A DNA stretch of 64,000 nucleotides from Candidatus Amphirhobacter sp. (GTDB lineage Bacteria; Pseudomonadota; Gammaproteobacteria; Tethybacterales; Tethybacteraceae). The position numbers were made by a program, and so were the translations under genes. The stretch covers positions 899,015 through 963,014 of the forward strand of contig OZ244940.1 of the NCBI GenBank assembly GCA_965222035.1, written 5' to 3'. A model generated the notes under the pieces. It searched no databases. It was not told where the DNA came from and saw only the letters and a list, made by a program, of their open reading frames with translations. Positions 38,808 to 48,379 of this stretch are shown one piece after another (the first letter of the stretch is position 1; every line of letters starts with the position of its first letter).

Positions 38808-39428
38808 ATGCGGCCATCTAGATTCCAGCAGCGTTTCTGGGGGATTGTGGCGGTGTGCGCCTTCGTCTGGATCAATTGGTTGGCGAGGACTGATCCCTGG
38901 ATCAAGCTGGAGGTGGGAGCGGGCGCCGGCATGGTGGCGTGGTTTTTCTTCTGGAACATATGGCTGCGAAGCAGGCCCCACCAGCTGGGAACGACGCTGA
39001 TGATGGCTGGCACCCTGGTCTTTTTCATCAGCTTGCCTATGCTGGCCGCATGGCAAATGACGACTGGATGGCCAGCGCTGGCAGGAGCCGGCATCACCAT
39101 CACCATGGGGTGGATCGTCAGCTGGGTATGGTGCTTCCATAAGCGCAAGAGCAAGAAAGGCGCGGTGGCCCTGATGATCACCAGCGTGGGGATGGCCATC
39201 TTCATCTGCATGACAATCCCTTTCGTCATGCACACCCTGCCTGAAGTCACCTGGCCCGAAGCAATCACAACAATGATCTTGTGGCTTTATTTAGGCCTTA
39301 TAGTCATAGGTGTTCCCTTGCTGCTGGCATTGGCCGCGATCGTATTGCCCATCCGGCTCTGGCGGATGTCCAAGCGCGGCCAACAAATCCAGCCTCACGG
39401 CTTCAGCCAAGGAATAGGAGGAAGTTAG
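38808..39428 (+). CDS. Trp-rich polytopic membrane protein of unknown function (inserted in hem operon)
   Basis: ATG 2 nt after hemX stop; 5-6 TM; about 56% GC. Confidence 0.5.
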   Translation: MRPSRFQQRFWGIVAVCAFVWINWLARTDPWIKLEVGAGAGMVAWFFFWNIWLRSRPHQLGTTLMMAGTLVFFISLPMLAAWQMTTGWPALAGAGITITMGWIVSWVWCFHKRKSKKGAVALMITSVGMAIFICMTIPFVMHTLPEVTWPEAITTMILWLYLGLIVIGVPLLLALAAIVLPIRLWRMSKRGQQIQPHGFSQGIGGS

Positions 39429-39538
39429 TTTGCAATTAGAGTGACGTGGGCCATCGGGCTGCGCTGCTGCGGCCTGCAGGATGTGGCAACGGAGGACAAT
39501 CGAATTGTCCCTCAATCTAAGACCGGCATGAGAAGGAC

Positions 39539-41350
39539 ATGAACGAGAAGAAAGACCAGGACGATCCAAGTTTCAGCGACGAGCTGAAGAAGACCTTCGA
39601 AAGCGCCAAGGAACGCCTGCGGGATGTCCCGGAGAGCGTCAAGCAAGTCGCGGACAAAACAGGCGAACTTGCCAAGGAAGGCTTCGACAGCCTGAAGCAA
39701 AAGACGACCGAGGTAGCCGCCCAGGCTAAGGAAAGCGTCCCGGATGTCCCTGAAAGCGTGAAGCAGGTCGCGGACAAGACAGGCGAGCTTGCCAAGGAAG
39801 GCTTGAGCAAAATCAGCGATGCCGCTTCTGAGACTGGAGCGCGAGCCAAGGAGAGCGTCCAGGAGCTCGGATCAGACCTGCAGCAGGCCGCGGGCAAAAC
39901 GGGAGAACTCGCCAAGGAGGGCTTCGACAGCTTGAAACACAAAACGGCTGAGACCGCCGCTCAAGCCAAAGAGGGAGTACATAAGCTAGGTGAGACAGCC
40001 GCCGAAACCGCCGCCCAGGCCAAGGAACGCGTCCAGGAGCTCGGTTCAGACCTGCAGCAGGCCGCGGGCAAGACAGGCGAGATCGCCAAGGAAGGCTTCG
40101 GCAGCTTGAAACACAAGACGGCTGCGACCATCGCTCAAGCCAAAGAAGGAGTACATAAACTGGGCGAGACAGCCGGTGAAACCGCCGCCCAGGCCAAGGA
40201 ACGCGCCCAGGAGCTCGGTTCAGACCTGCAGCAGGCCGCGGGCAAGACAGGCGAAATCGCCAAGGAAGGGATGCATAAGCTGGGTGAGACAGCTGCCGAA
40301 GCTAGTGCTCGAGCCAAAGAACGAGCCCAGGAGCTCGGCTCAGACCTGCAGCAGGCCGCAGGCAAAACAGGCGAGATCGCCAAGGAAGGCTACGACAGTC
40401 TGAAGCATAAAACAGCCGACACAGCTGCCCAAGCCCAGGAGCGCATGCATGATGTCGGCGAAGGCGTGAAGCGAGCCGCAAGCGAAACGGGCACCTCCGC
40501 CAAAGAGGGCATGAACAAGGTGGGAGAAGCCGCCGCCCGAGCGCAGAAAAACGTACGGCAAAAGCTGCTTGACATCCTATCCGCACCGCTTCGTTTGTTG
40601 TCTGCCACGAAGACAGCTGCCGGCGAGGCTGGCGCCTCCGTCAAGGAAGGCATCAGCAAGGTTGGGGAAGCAGCTGCTCAAGCAAAGGAGCGCATGCGAT
40701 GGAAGTTGTATGGCATCATAGCCATACCGCTGCTGTTCTTCATGACGATGGCCATCGTATTCGCGAACCCTTGGGCGTGGATAGCACTCGGTGTCATGAT
40801 CATCGGGTTGCTGTCCTGGTGGCACATAAGGAAGAATGTCAGCAAAGAGGAGTTGAAACACGCATGGGTGAGCACGCGAGAAATATTGTACCGCCTCATT
40901 ATGTTTCTTTCATCGGCCTTCGTTATCGCCATCATGTGGAATTCAGGTGTGGCACCGGCATGGGCAATGGCGATACCCGAAAAACTAAATTCCATCCCTC
41001 TTCTGTTCTTGTTTGTAGTAGCTGTGATGCTGCTAGTTGCTGCGCTCTTCCACCAATACATCATGCGCCCGGCACGCTTGTTCTGGCAGAAAGCAGTGGC
41101 TTGGTTAGGAGCTAACGGGCCTGTGATCATAATCTTATTGTCGCTGGTGGTCTTGGTTGCTTTGCTATTGCAGTACTTTTTTACTGACGCTGAAATTAGC
41201 TGGCAAGGTTTTGGGACATGGTTGACCGAGCCGCTCCGGTTCGGAACATTTATGCTAATTGGCTGCTTCTTGATCCTGCTCTGGATGCTTTTCATCCAGC
41301 TTATCCTGCGCCCGCTGCGCCGCCTCAGGCACAAAGCAAAGGCGCAGTAA
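39539..41350 (+). CDS. repeat-rich membrane protein: about 390-aa amphipathic KTGE(L/I)AKEG repeat region (DUF883/ElaB/LEA-like) + 6-TM C-terminal domain
   Basis: RBS GAGAAGGAC; 3.7 tandem 60-aa repeats; TM segment ..NPWAWIALGVMIIGLL resembles DUF883 C-terminal anchor. Confidence 0.6.
   Translation: MNEKKDQDDPSFSDELKKTFESAKERLRDVPESVKQVADKTGELAKEGFDSLKQKTTEVAAQAKESVPDVPESVKQVADKTGELAKEGLSKISDAASETGARAKESVQELGSDLQQAAGKTGELAKEGFDSLKHKTAETAAQAKEGVHKLGETAAETAAQAKERVQELGSDLQQAAGKTGEIAKEGFGSLKHKTAATIAQAKEGVHKLGETAGETAAQAKERAQELGSDLQQAAGKTGEIAKEGMHKLGETAAEASARAKERAQELGSDLQQAAGKTGEIAKEGYDSLKHKTADTAAQAQERMHDVGEGVKRAASETGTSAKEGMNKVGEAAARAQKNVRQKLLDILSAPLRLLSATKTAAGEAGASVKEGISKVGEAAAQAKERMRWKLYGIIAIPLLFFMTMAIVFANPWAWIALGVMIIGLLSWWHIRKNVSKEELKHAWVSTREILYRLIMFLSSAFVIAIMWNSGVAPAWAMAIPEKLNSIPLLFLFVVAVMLLVAALFHQYIMRPARLFWQKAVAWLGANGPVIIILLSLVVLVALLLQYFFTDAEISWQGFGTWLTEPLRFGTFMLIGCFLILLWMLFIQLILRPLRRLRHKAKAQ
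39856..40450. repeat. tandem 180-bp coding repeats (about 3.7 copies, about 90% identity; third copy lacks a 60-bp sub-unit)
   Basis: gagctcgg(a/t)tcagacctgcagcaggccgcgggcaa(a/g)ac(g/a)gg(a/c)ga... recurring at 39856, 40036, 40216, 40336. Confidence 0.85.
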
Positions 41351-41545
41351 AAGATTGCAGAGAAGGATTGAAAAAACGTGCCGGATTGGATCGTAAACTG
41401 CGTTCGCATGGCTATGTTGCCCTGCTCTGGCATACTGTCCACTGGATGTCATTGGCACAGCGGCGCAAGGCTGGCTAGCAGGGGCTGGAAGGCTCGAAAA
41501 ACGGCACGATTCCCGGCCATCGCCTGGTAAAATTACCTACGCAAT

Positions 41546-42736
41546 ATGCGCGCCAAAGTCCTGCTGGTAATCTTCCTCACGCTGGCCGTCCTGCTCGGCC
41601 TGCTGTGGCTGCACTTCACCTACCTCAACCGCACCATCGAGATCAGCCTCGATGACGCGGTCGGAGGACAGTTCTTGCTGACCTCCAATCTCGGTCTGGT
41701 CTCACTCAGCATGGTGATCGGCAGCATCGTACTGCTGGTCGCATGGAAACTCTTCTACCTGCTCGCTTTCCTGCCAATGCATTTGCGCCATTGGAACAAC
41801 CGGCGCAAGGAACGCAAGCGCCTGCAGAATATCGGCGCGGGCCTGCAAGCTATGGTGGTCGGCGATATAGAGGAGCAGCGCAAGAACTTCAACGCCGTCG
41901 CTGATGCCGGCGTCGCGCCCGCCGCTTTCTACTATATGGCCGCCTCGGCCGCCACCGAAGAGGCTAAGCGGCGCAGCCTGCTCAAGAAAGCAGCCGGCGC
42001 TGAAGGCGATCCCATGATCCAGGCTATGGCGACCGCCCGGCTGCGGCTCAACGCCAATATGCCCGGCGAGGCCGCTGAAGTCCTGCGCGTCGCTGGCGCC
42101 GCTACCGCCAAGGCTAGCCACCCGCTCGCCCTGCTGCTCGAAGCCTGTGAGAAATCCGGTGATATCCGCAGCGCCCTGGATGTCGCCCAAACCCTGCTCG
42201 AGCGCAGCCCCTCGCCCTCGCCGCCGCTGCAGCGCCGCATCGGCCGGCTCGCCGGCGAACTGCTCAAGAATGAAGGCAACCCTGAGGCTATCCACGGCCT
42301 GATCGGGGCCGAGCGCAAGTCGCACCCCTCCTCACCCGTTTCCATCGCCCTCGCCGCAGCCCAGCGCCTCGCCGCCGTCAATGATGAGAAAAGAGCGTCC
42401 AATGTCCTCAGCCAGGCATGGAACCAAAGCCAGGATACCGAGGTTCTCGAAGCTATCGCTAAATACGGCTCGAGCGAGCTGGTGCGCAAGATCCTCGAGC
42501 AGTCAGATGAACTGCTGCGTACCCGGAGCGATGATATCGGCTTGATGTGCGCCCTCGCCGACCTCGCCGTGCGCGAGCAGATCTGGGGCCAGGCGCGCAA
42601 GCTGCTCCAGGATGCCCTGCGCATCAAGGAAGCGCGCAAGGTCTACCTGCGCCTCGCCAAGCTCGCTGAGAGCGAGGGCAAGTCGAACGATGAGAGCAAC
42701 CGGCTGTTCCGCCTGGCTGCCCAAGCCAGCGACTAG
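41546..42736 (+). CDS. hemY: HemY-like protein (HemY_N membrane anchor + TPR)
   Basis: N-terminal 2 TM, RHWNNRRKERKR basic stretch, TPR-like C-terminal region; conserved hemCDXY position. Confidence 0.7.
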   Translation: MRAKVLLVIFLTLAVLLGLLWLHFTYLNRTIEISLDDAVGGQFLLTSNLGLVSLSMVIGSIVLLVAWKLFYLLAFLPMHLRHWNNRRKERKRLQNIGAGLQAMVVGDIEEQRKNFNAVADAGVAPAAFYYMAASAATEEAKRRSLLKKAAGAEGDPMIQAMATARLRLNANMPGEAAEVLRVAGAATAKASHPLALLLEACEKSGDIRSALDVAQTLLERSPSPSPPLQRRIGRLAGELLKNEGNPEAIHGLIGAERKSHPSSPVSIALAAAQRLAAVNDEKRASNVLSQAWNQSQDTEVLEAIAKYGSSELVRKILEQSDELLRTRSDDIGLMCALADLAVREQIWGQARKLLQDALRIKEARKVYLRLAKLAESEGKSNDESNRLFRLAAQASD

Positions 42737-42777
42737 CCAGCCCCCTCGCCCAGCCCCGGGACCCCGGGGCCTGCCCG

Positions 42778-44859
42778 TCAGACGTTGTAGCGCCGCTCCA
42801 GCGCCTGGTAGTCGTACTTGCCGCTGCCGAGCAGCGGGAAGTCCTCTTCTGACAGGTATACGACATCCTGCGGGATCCATAGCGGCGGAAAACCCGCTTC
42901 CTGCAACGCAGCCGCGACATGCTCCTGGTTGATGCTCAGGTCCTCTGAGACCACTAAGAGGCGCTCGCCCTTGGCCTCGTCGGGCAGCGCAATGACCGCG
43001 ATCAAACCGTCTTCCTTCAGCTTGCCCAGCTCGTTCTCGATGCGGCCCATCGGCACCATCTCGCCCGCGACCTTCGCAAAGCGCTTGTGGCGCCCCACGA
43101 TGTAGACATAGCCGTCCTTGTCGATGTTGACCACGTCGCCGGTGTCGTACCAGCCGTCCGGCGGCGCCTGCAGCACTCCCGGCTGGTCCGGCAACAGATA
43201 CCCCAGCATCACGTTCGAACCCTTGAGCACCAACGTACCGCCCGCGTCAATGCCTTCCTGGGGCTGCAGCCGGACCTCGATGTCCGGCAACACCAGCCCG
43301 ACCGAACCTTTGCGATTGGCGAAGGGAGTGCTGATGCATACGCCCGGCGACGCTTCGGTCACGCCATAGCCCTCGTAGATTTTCATCTCCAGCTTCTCAT
43401 CCCATATCTTGCGCACGCTGCCCCGCAGCTTCTCGCCGCCAGCGATCAGCAGCCGCAGCGATTTCATCTGCTCGATCTCGTCCTCCTGGATCTCCTTGGC
43501 GTAACGCCCGAGGAAAGTTCCGGTCGAGAAGAGGCAGCTGATCTTCTTGTCGGCTATCAACTCAACGATGCCGCGGTAATCAAGCGGCGTCGGGTACTGC
43601 CACACATGCACGCCCCGCGCGATCGGCAGCAGCGTCCCGCCCATCAGGCCGAAGGAGTGGAAAGACGGCAAGGTGTTGAGCAGCTGCTCGTCGTTCTGGA
43701 CATCCAGCCGGGCCAGGATCTGATAGATGTTGCTGCAGATGTTGCTTTGCGACAGCGCCACGCCCTTGGGCGGACCCTGGGAGCCCGACGTGAACAGCAC
43801 CACCGCCTCATTGTCCAAGGTCAGGTCGCTGCCCGGCATGTCCGCGCTGATCTTGTCCATGTTGCGCGACTTGAACCACGCGAGGGCCTTGGTCTTGATT
43901 GACATGAACTGGCGGATGTCTTCCAGGAACGCAACTTTGATGTTGGCCGCGAACAGCGCGTCGTTCGCGGCGCTGGCCGGGATGGAATTCTCCAGCAGCG
44001 GACGCACCGTGTAGACCGTGGAGACCTCCGTGGCCGCACAGCACGCGACGACGTTCTCGGCGCCAGACGTGAAATTGATGATCGCTGGCACCAGGCCCGC
44101 GAACTGGCACGCGTAAAAAGCCTGCATGAACGCCCGGGACGAAGGCAGCATCAGGCCGACGCGCTCGCCAGGCTTGTGCTTCTTGCCGAGCTCCAGTCCC
44201 AGGGCGTAGGAACTCTGGATCAACTGCCGGTAAGTGAGCTTCGCCGGCGGCTTCGTCTGCGAGACGATCACCTTGTCCAAGCCATGGCGATTGGCCGCGT
44301 CGAACAACACCTGAAGCAAGGAACGGCCATGGTCGAAGATGTGGAATTCAGCCATCTCGAGCACGTTGCGCAGGAAAATGGAGTCGTCGACCTGGTCCTC
44401 GCCCGGCGGCGGCGCCGTTACCGCCGGCGCGGCGACGACGCGCAGATCCGGATGATCCGCTCCTCCGGTCTCCACGCCGATGCCCAGCATCACCCCGTTG
44501 GTGAAGGTACGCGCTAGTTTCACCGCTAGCGGATGGACCTCCTGGATGCCCGGCCGGCCGGTCGCATGCCGCTCCGGGAACATCACGATGTGCGTACCCC
44601 CTTGGAACTTCTCCGTGATGGCCGCTTCAATCTCCTGCTGGTCAGCGTCGAAATCGACCTGGACAAAATCGTCTTCCTTGGAGAATTTGTGGGACTGGCC
44701 GACGATGCTGTCGCCCTTGTCGAGCACAAAGCATTTCTTCCCCGGCAGGGTGGTAGAGAGGGTCAGGGCCTCGGCGAAGGAGCGGTAATTGGCGACAATC
44801 ACCGCTGAGGAGTTCAGCTCCTCGTAATTGCGCAAATCGATATGTTGTTCTGCCGGCAT
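42778..44859 (-). CDS. Aas-like bifunctional protein: N-terminal (degenerate) PlsC-type acyltransferase domain + acyl-ACP/AMP-dependent synthetase
   Basis: AMP-binding motifs (LFTSGSQGPPKGV, YGVTE); N-terminal VANYRSFAE and FPERHATGR in place of NHxSxxD and FPEGTR. Confidence 0.7.
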   Translation of the reverse strand: MPAEQHIDLRNYEELNSSAVIVANYRSFAEALTLSTTLPGKKCFVLDKGDSIVGQSHKFSKEDDFVQVDFDADQQEIEAAITEKFQGGTHIVMFPERHATGRPGIQEVHPLAVKLARTFTNGVMLGIGVETGGADHPDLRVVAAPAVTAPPPGEDQVDDSIFLRNVLEMAEFHIFDHGRSLLQVLFDAANRHGLDKVIVSQTKPPAKLTYRQLIQSSYALGLELGKKHKPGERVGLMLPSSRAFMQAFYACQFAGLVPAIINFTSGAENVVACCAATEVSTVYTVRPLLENSIPASAANDALFAANIKVAFLEDIRQFMSIKTKALAWFKSRNMDKISADMPGSDLTLDNEAVVLFTSGSQGPPKGVALSQSNICSNIYQILARLDVQNDEQLLNTLPSFHSFGLMGGTLLPIARGVHVWQYPTPLDYRGIVELIADKKISCLFSTGTFLGRYAKEIQEDEIEQMKSLRLLIAGGEKLRGSVRKIWDEKLEMKIYEGYGVTEASPGVCISTPFANRKGSVGLVLPDIEVRLQPQEGIDAGGTLVLKGSNVMLGYLLPDQPGVLQAPPDGWYDTGDVVNIDKDGYVYIVGRHKRFAKVAGEMVPMGRIENELGKLKEDGLIAVIALPDEAKGERLLVVSEDLSINQEHVAAALQEAGFPPLWIPQDVVYLSEEDFPLLGSGKYDYQALERRYNV

Positions 44860-44886
44860 GGTTCTGTTTCTCCTTCAGGTAATATT

Positions 44887-45942
44887 CTAGTGGTCCAACT
44901 CGCCGGCTGCGTAGCGCTGCGCCATCGCCGCGAGCGGCACCGGCTTGAGCTTGGCCGCCTGGCCGGCGGTGCCGAAGGCCTCGAAGCGCCCGGCGCAGAC
45001 CTCGGTCATCTTGGCCTTGGCCGGCTTGTTGAACTTGCGCGGATCGAATTCGCGGGGGTTCTCCTGCGCGAACTTGCGGTACTGCCCGGTCACCGCCATG
45101 CGGCAGTCGGTGTCGATATTGACCTTGCGCACGCCGTGCTTGATGCCCTCGACGATCTCAGCCACCGGCACGCCCCAGGTCGGCGGCATCTCGCCGCCGT
45201 GGCTGTTGATGATCTCCTGCAGGTCCTCGGGGACCGACGAAGAGCCGTGCATCACCATGTGGATGGACGGCAGGCGCTGGTGGATCTCCTTGATGGTGTC
45301 CATCGACAGGATCGCGCCGTCGGGCTTGCGCGTGAACTTGTAGGCGCCGTGGGAAGTGCCGATGGCGACGGCTAGCGCATCGACCTGGGTGGCCTTGACG
45401 AATTTCTCGGCCTCGGCCGGATCGGTCAGCAGCCGGTCGCGGCCGAGCTTGCCGGTCGCGCCGTGGCCGTCTTCCTGCTCGCCCTCGCCGGTCTCCAGCG
45501 AACCCAGGCAGCCGAGCTCGCCCTCGACCGAGACGCCGACCATGCGCGCCATCTCGACCACCTTGCGGGTGACCTCCTCGTTGTAGCCGTAGTCCGCCGG
45601 GCTCTTGGCGTCCTCATGCAGCGAGCCGTCCATCATCACGCTGGTGAAGCCGTTGCTGATCGCCGACAGGCAGGTCGCCGGGCTGTTGCCGTGATCGAGA
45701 TGCATGCACACCGGGACGTCCGGATGGGTCTCGACCGCCGCGAGCAGCAGATGCTTGAGATAGCTGTCGCCAGCGTACTCGCGGGCGCCGCGGCTGGCTT
45801 GGATGATCACCGGCGATTCGGTCTGGGCCGCGGCCTGCATGATCGACTGGACCTGCTCGAGGTTGTTGACGTTGAACGCCGGCACACCGTAGGAGTGCTC
45901 GGCAGCATGGTCGAGCAGTTGTCGCAAAGATACGAGAGCCAT
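44887..45942 (-). CDS. fba: fructose-bisphosphate aldolase class II
   Basis: MHLDHG zinc site and full-length class II FBA pattern. Confidence 0.85.
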   Translation of the reverse strand: MALVSLRQLLDHAAEHSYGVPAFNVNNLEQVQSIMQAAAQTESPVIIQASRGAREYAGDSYLKHLLLAAVETHPDVPVCMHLDHGNSPATCLSAISNGFTSVMMDGSLHEDAKSPADYGYNEEVTRKVVEMARMVGVSVEGELGCLGSLETGEGEQEDGHGATGKLGRDRLLTDPAEAEKFVKATQVDALAVAIGTSHGAYKFTRKPDGAILSMDTIKEIHQRLPSIHMVMHGSSSVPEDLQEIINSHGGEMPPTWGVPVAEIVEGIKHGVRKVNIDTDCRMAVTGQYRKFAQENPREFDPRKFNKPAKAKMTEVCAGRFEAFGTAGQAAKLKPVPLAAMAQRYAAGELDH

Positions 45943-46029
45943 ATTATTAACAGCCTGTAATTTTACCGAAAACCGACCGCTGACCGCCCTGCGGCCGGTC
46001 AGGCTAGCAAGGGGGGGGGTAGCGAGCCT

Positions 46030-47526
46030 TTATTCATCGCCCTGCGCGGCATATGCGAGGGCGGCCTGGACGGCTCGGCTCCACCGCTCCAGGCGCTGCG
46101 CGCGGACCTCGGCGGCCAGCGCCGGGGTGAAGCTGCTCCCCTCGACGCGCAGCTTGCCCATCTCCGCCATGGAGCCGTATTCCCCGGCCTGCAGCCCGGC
46201 CAGGAAAGCCGCTCCCGCCGCGGTGGTCTCGATGTGGCTCGGCCGGCTGACCTCCTGGTCGAGCACGTCGGCCAGGTACTGCGCGAACCAGTCGTTCGCA
46301 GCCATGCCGCCGTCGATGCGCACCGCCTGCGGCGCCAGGCCCTCGGCGCGATAGGCCTCGAGCAGGTCGTGGCTTTGATAGGCGACCGACGCCAGCGTCG
46401 CATGCGCGAGCGTCGCGCGGTCAGTGTCCAGCGTCATGCCGACGATGGTCCCGCGCGCCGCCGGGTTCCAATGCGGAGCGCCCAGGCCGGTGAAGGCGGG
46501 TACCAGGTACACCTGCGCATCGGCCGGGGCCTGGGCCGCGAGCTCGGCGGTCGCGGCGGCATTGTCGATGACGCCGATCTTGTCGCGCAGCCACTGGACC
46601 GCGGCGCCGGCGATGAAGATCGAGCCCTCGACCGCATAGGCGCTGCGGCCGCCCACCCGGTAGCCGACGGTCCCCAGCAGCCCGCTGCCCGGAATCAGGG
46701 GCTCGGCCCCGCCTTGGACGATGACGAAGCAGCCGGTCCCGTAGGTCGACTTGGCCTCGCCCGGCTCGAGGCAGTTCTGGCCGATGGCGGCCGCCTGCTG
46801 GTCGCCGGCGATGCCGCCGATCGGGATGCGCAGGTCGCCGATCTCGGCGACGCCGTAGTCGGAGGCGTTGTCCTTGACCTCGGGCAGGCAGGCGCGCGGG
46901 ACGCCATGCAGCTTGAGCAGCTCGTCATCCCATGCCATGCTCGCGAGGTCGAGCAACTGGGTGCGGCTGGCGTTGGTGACGTCAGAGGCGAAGACTTTGC
47001 CGCCGGTGAGCATCCACACCAAGTAGGCGTCGATGGTTCCGGCGAGGACCTTGCCCTGCTCGGCTTGCTCCATGGAGTTGGTCTCACGCAGCAGCCAGGC
47101 GATCTTGGTCGCGGAGAAATACGGGTCGAGCACCAGGCCGGTCTTGCGCCGCACCAGCTCCAGGGCGCCGTCGCGCTCGAGCTCGGCGCAGCGGTCCGCG
47201 GTGCGACGGTCCTGCCAGACGATCGCGCGGTGCAGCGGCTTGCCGGTCTCCTTATCCCACAGCAGCACGGTCTCGCGCTGGTTGGTGATGCCGAGGGCGA
47301 CGGCCTGGCCGCCTTGGGCCGTACAGTAATCAGCGGCCTCGCGCAGCACCCGCTGGGCATCGCGCCAGATGTCGGTGGCGTCGTGCTCGACCCAGCCCTC
47401 CTGCGGATAATGCTGCGGGAGTTCGTAGCGACTGATGTGCTCCGGCGCGAGCGTGTCGGCGGCGAAGGCGATGGCCCGGGTGCTGGTCGTGCCCTGGTCG
47501 AGCGCGATGATGTATTTCTTGCCCAT
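46030..47526 (-). CDS. glpK: glycerol kinase
   Basis: FGGY kinase family, N-terminal YIIALDQGTTSTRA, 498 aa. Confidence 0.9.
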   Translation of the reverse strand: MGKKYIIALDQGTTSTRAIAFAADTLAPEHISRYELPQHYPQEGWVEHDATDIWRDAQRVLREAADYCTAQGGQAVALGITNQRETVLLWDKETGKPLHRAIVWQDRRTADRCAELERDGALELVRRKTGLVLDPYFSATKIAWLLRETNSMEQAEQGKVLAGTIDAYLVWMLTGGKVFASDVTNASRTQLLDLASMAWDDELLKLHGVPRACLPEVKDNASDYGVAEIGDLRIPIGGIAGDQQAAAIGQNCLEPGEAKSTYGTGCFVIVQGGAEPLIPGSGLLGTVGYRVGGRSAYAVEGSIFIAGAAVQWLRDKIGVIDNAAATAELAAQAPADAQVYLVPAFTGLGAPHWNPAARGTIVGMTLDTDRATLAHATLASVAYQSHDLLEAYRAEGLAPQAVRIDGGMAANDWFAQYLADVLDQEVSRPSHIETTAAGAAFLAGLQAGEYGSMAEMGKLRVEGSSFTPALAAEVRAQRLERWSRAVQAALAYAAQGDE

Positions 47527-47594
47527 CCGGATGCTATTTTACGCTGTGCTCCCTTGCGGGGTAGGCAGGCCTCAAAGTCCGCATGGCAGAGGGC

Positions 47595-47622
47595 TTGTTT
47601 TGCTGAAAAAGAGGACTATATA
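47595..47622 (+). promoter_or_regulatory. sigma70-like promoter TTGTTT-N16-TATATA for glycine-rich peptide gene 1
   Basis: 68-nt leader identical to that at 48092-48119. Confidence 0.45.
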
Positions 47623-47657
47623 ACTGGGTAAGCATTCACTCGTAAGGAGAAATGACC

Positions 47658-47969
47658 ATGAACAAACCAACCATATCCAACACACACGGCGGCGGCGACC
47701 CCGGCTGGCCTTCCAAGACTGGGGAAGAGAGCGGAGGCGGCAGGAAAAACGCTGTCCGCCGCAAGCCACTCCTGGCCAAGGGCAAAGGCGGCGGCAGAGG
47801 TGGCGGCCGTCCTCACAACGGGCCTTCCACAACCGGACGGCCGAGCGGCAAGGGCCGAGGCAACAACCCGCCGGGCGGCGGTGGCGGCGGCAAAAGCGGT
47901 CCCAACTGGCCTTCCACAACCGGGAATCCGAGCGGCAAAGGCAGGGACAACAACCCGCCGAGCAAGTAG
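47658..47969 (+). CDS. glycine/proline-rich basic small protein with three N[WY]PS[KT]TG.PSGKGR.N.PP repeats
   Basis: RBS AAGGAGA 8 nt before ATG at 47658 (the track start 47652 sits only 1 nt from the SD); followed by strong terminator. Confidence 0.55.
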   Translation: MNKPTISNTHGGGDPGWPSKTGEESGGGRKNAVRRKPLLAKGKGGGRGGGRPHNGPSTTGRPSGKGRGNNPPGGGGGGKSGPNWPSTTGNPSGKGRDNNPPSK

Positions 47970-47995
47970 CTCTGCGCTAACTGCGCAGGCTCTGG

Positions 47996-48034
47996 CCGGA
48001 GACCGGGAATGCCCGGTCTCCGGTTTCGCTGTTT
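47996..48034 (+). terminator. rho-independent terminator (12-bp perfect stem ccggagaccggg/cccggtctccgg, loop aatg, T-tract)
   Basis: Palindrome and downstream tttcgctgttt read directly. Confidence 0.75.
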
Positions 48035-48091
48035 AAGTACCTAGCCTCCTTGCGCGGGACGCAGGCTGCAGGGCCCGCAAGACAGAGGGGC

Positions 48092-48119
48092 TTGTTTTGC
48101 TGAAAAAGAGGACTATATA
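48092..48119 (+). promoter_or_regulatory. duplicate promoter TTGTTT-N16-TATATA for peptide gene 2
   Basis: Identical to 47595-47622. Confidence 0.45.
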
Positions 48120-48154
48120 ACTGGGTAAGCATTCACTCGTAAGGAGAAATGATT

Positions 48155-48304
48155 ATGATCAAGCTGATTTTGCCTAACCTGCGCGACGACGACGAGGAGG
48201 AGGAGGAGTACTACTACTTCGACGACGACGACGACGAGAATCCCAACTACCCTTCCACGACCGGGAATCCGAGCGGGGGAGGCAGGGGCAACACGCCGAA
48301 GTAA
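48155..48304 (+). CDS. 49-aa peptide: hydrophobic N-terminus, poly-acidic D/E/Y stretch, C-terminal NYPSTTGNPSGGGRGNTPK motif
   Basis: Same RBS/leader as gene 1; shares the PSTTGNPSG.GRGN motif; below the ORF-track cutoff. Confidence 0.45.
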   Translation: MIKLILPNLRDDDEEEEEYYYFDDDDDENPNYPSTTGNPSGGGRGNTPK

Positions 48305-48333
48305 CAGCCCTGCGCTAGCTGCGCAGACGCTGG

Positions 48334-48372
48334 CCGGAGACCGGGAATGCCCGGTCTCCGGTTTCGCTGTTT
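48334..48372 (+). terminator. rho-independent terminator, identical hairpin to 47996-48034; abuts the 3' end of trpB2 (convergent, possibly bidirectional)
   Basis: Same 12-bp stem; T-tract 48362-48372; trpB2 stop at 48380. Confidence 0.75.
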
Positions 48373-48379
48373 AATCCGC

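Noticed and set aside
39517-39942. 141-aa minus-strand ORF and other antisense ORFs inside the repeat protein gene
   Set aside because: Generated by the tandem repeat on the opposite strand; Ser/Ala/Cys-rich, no start context
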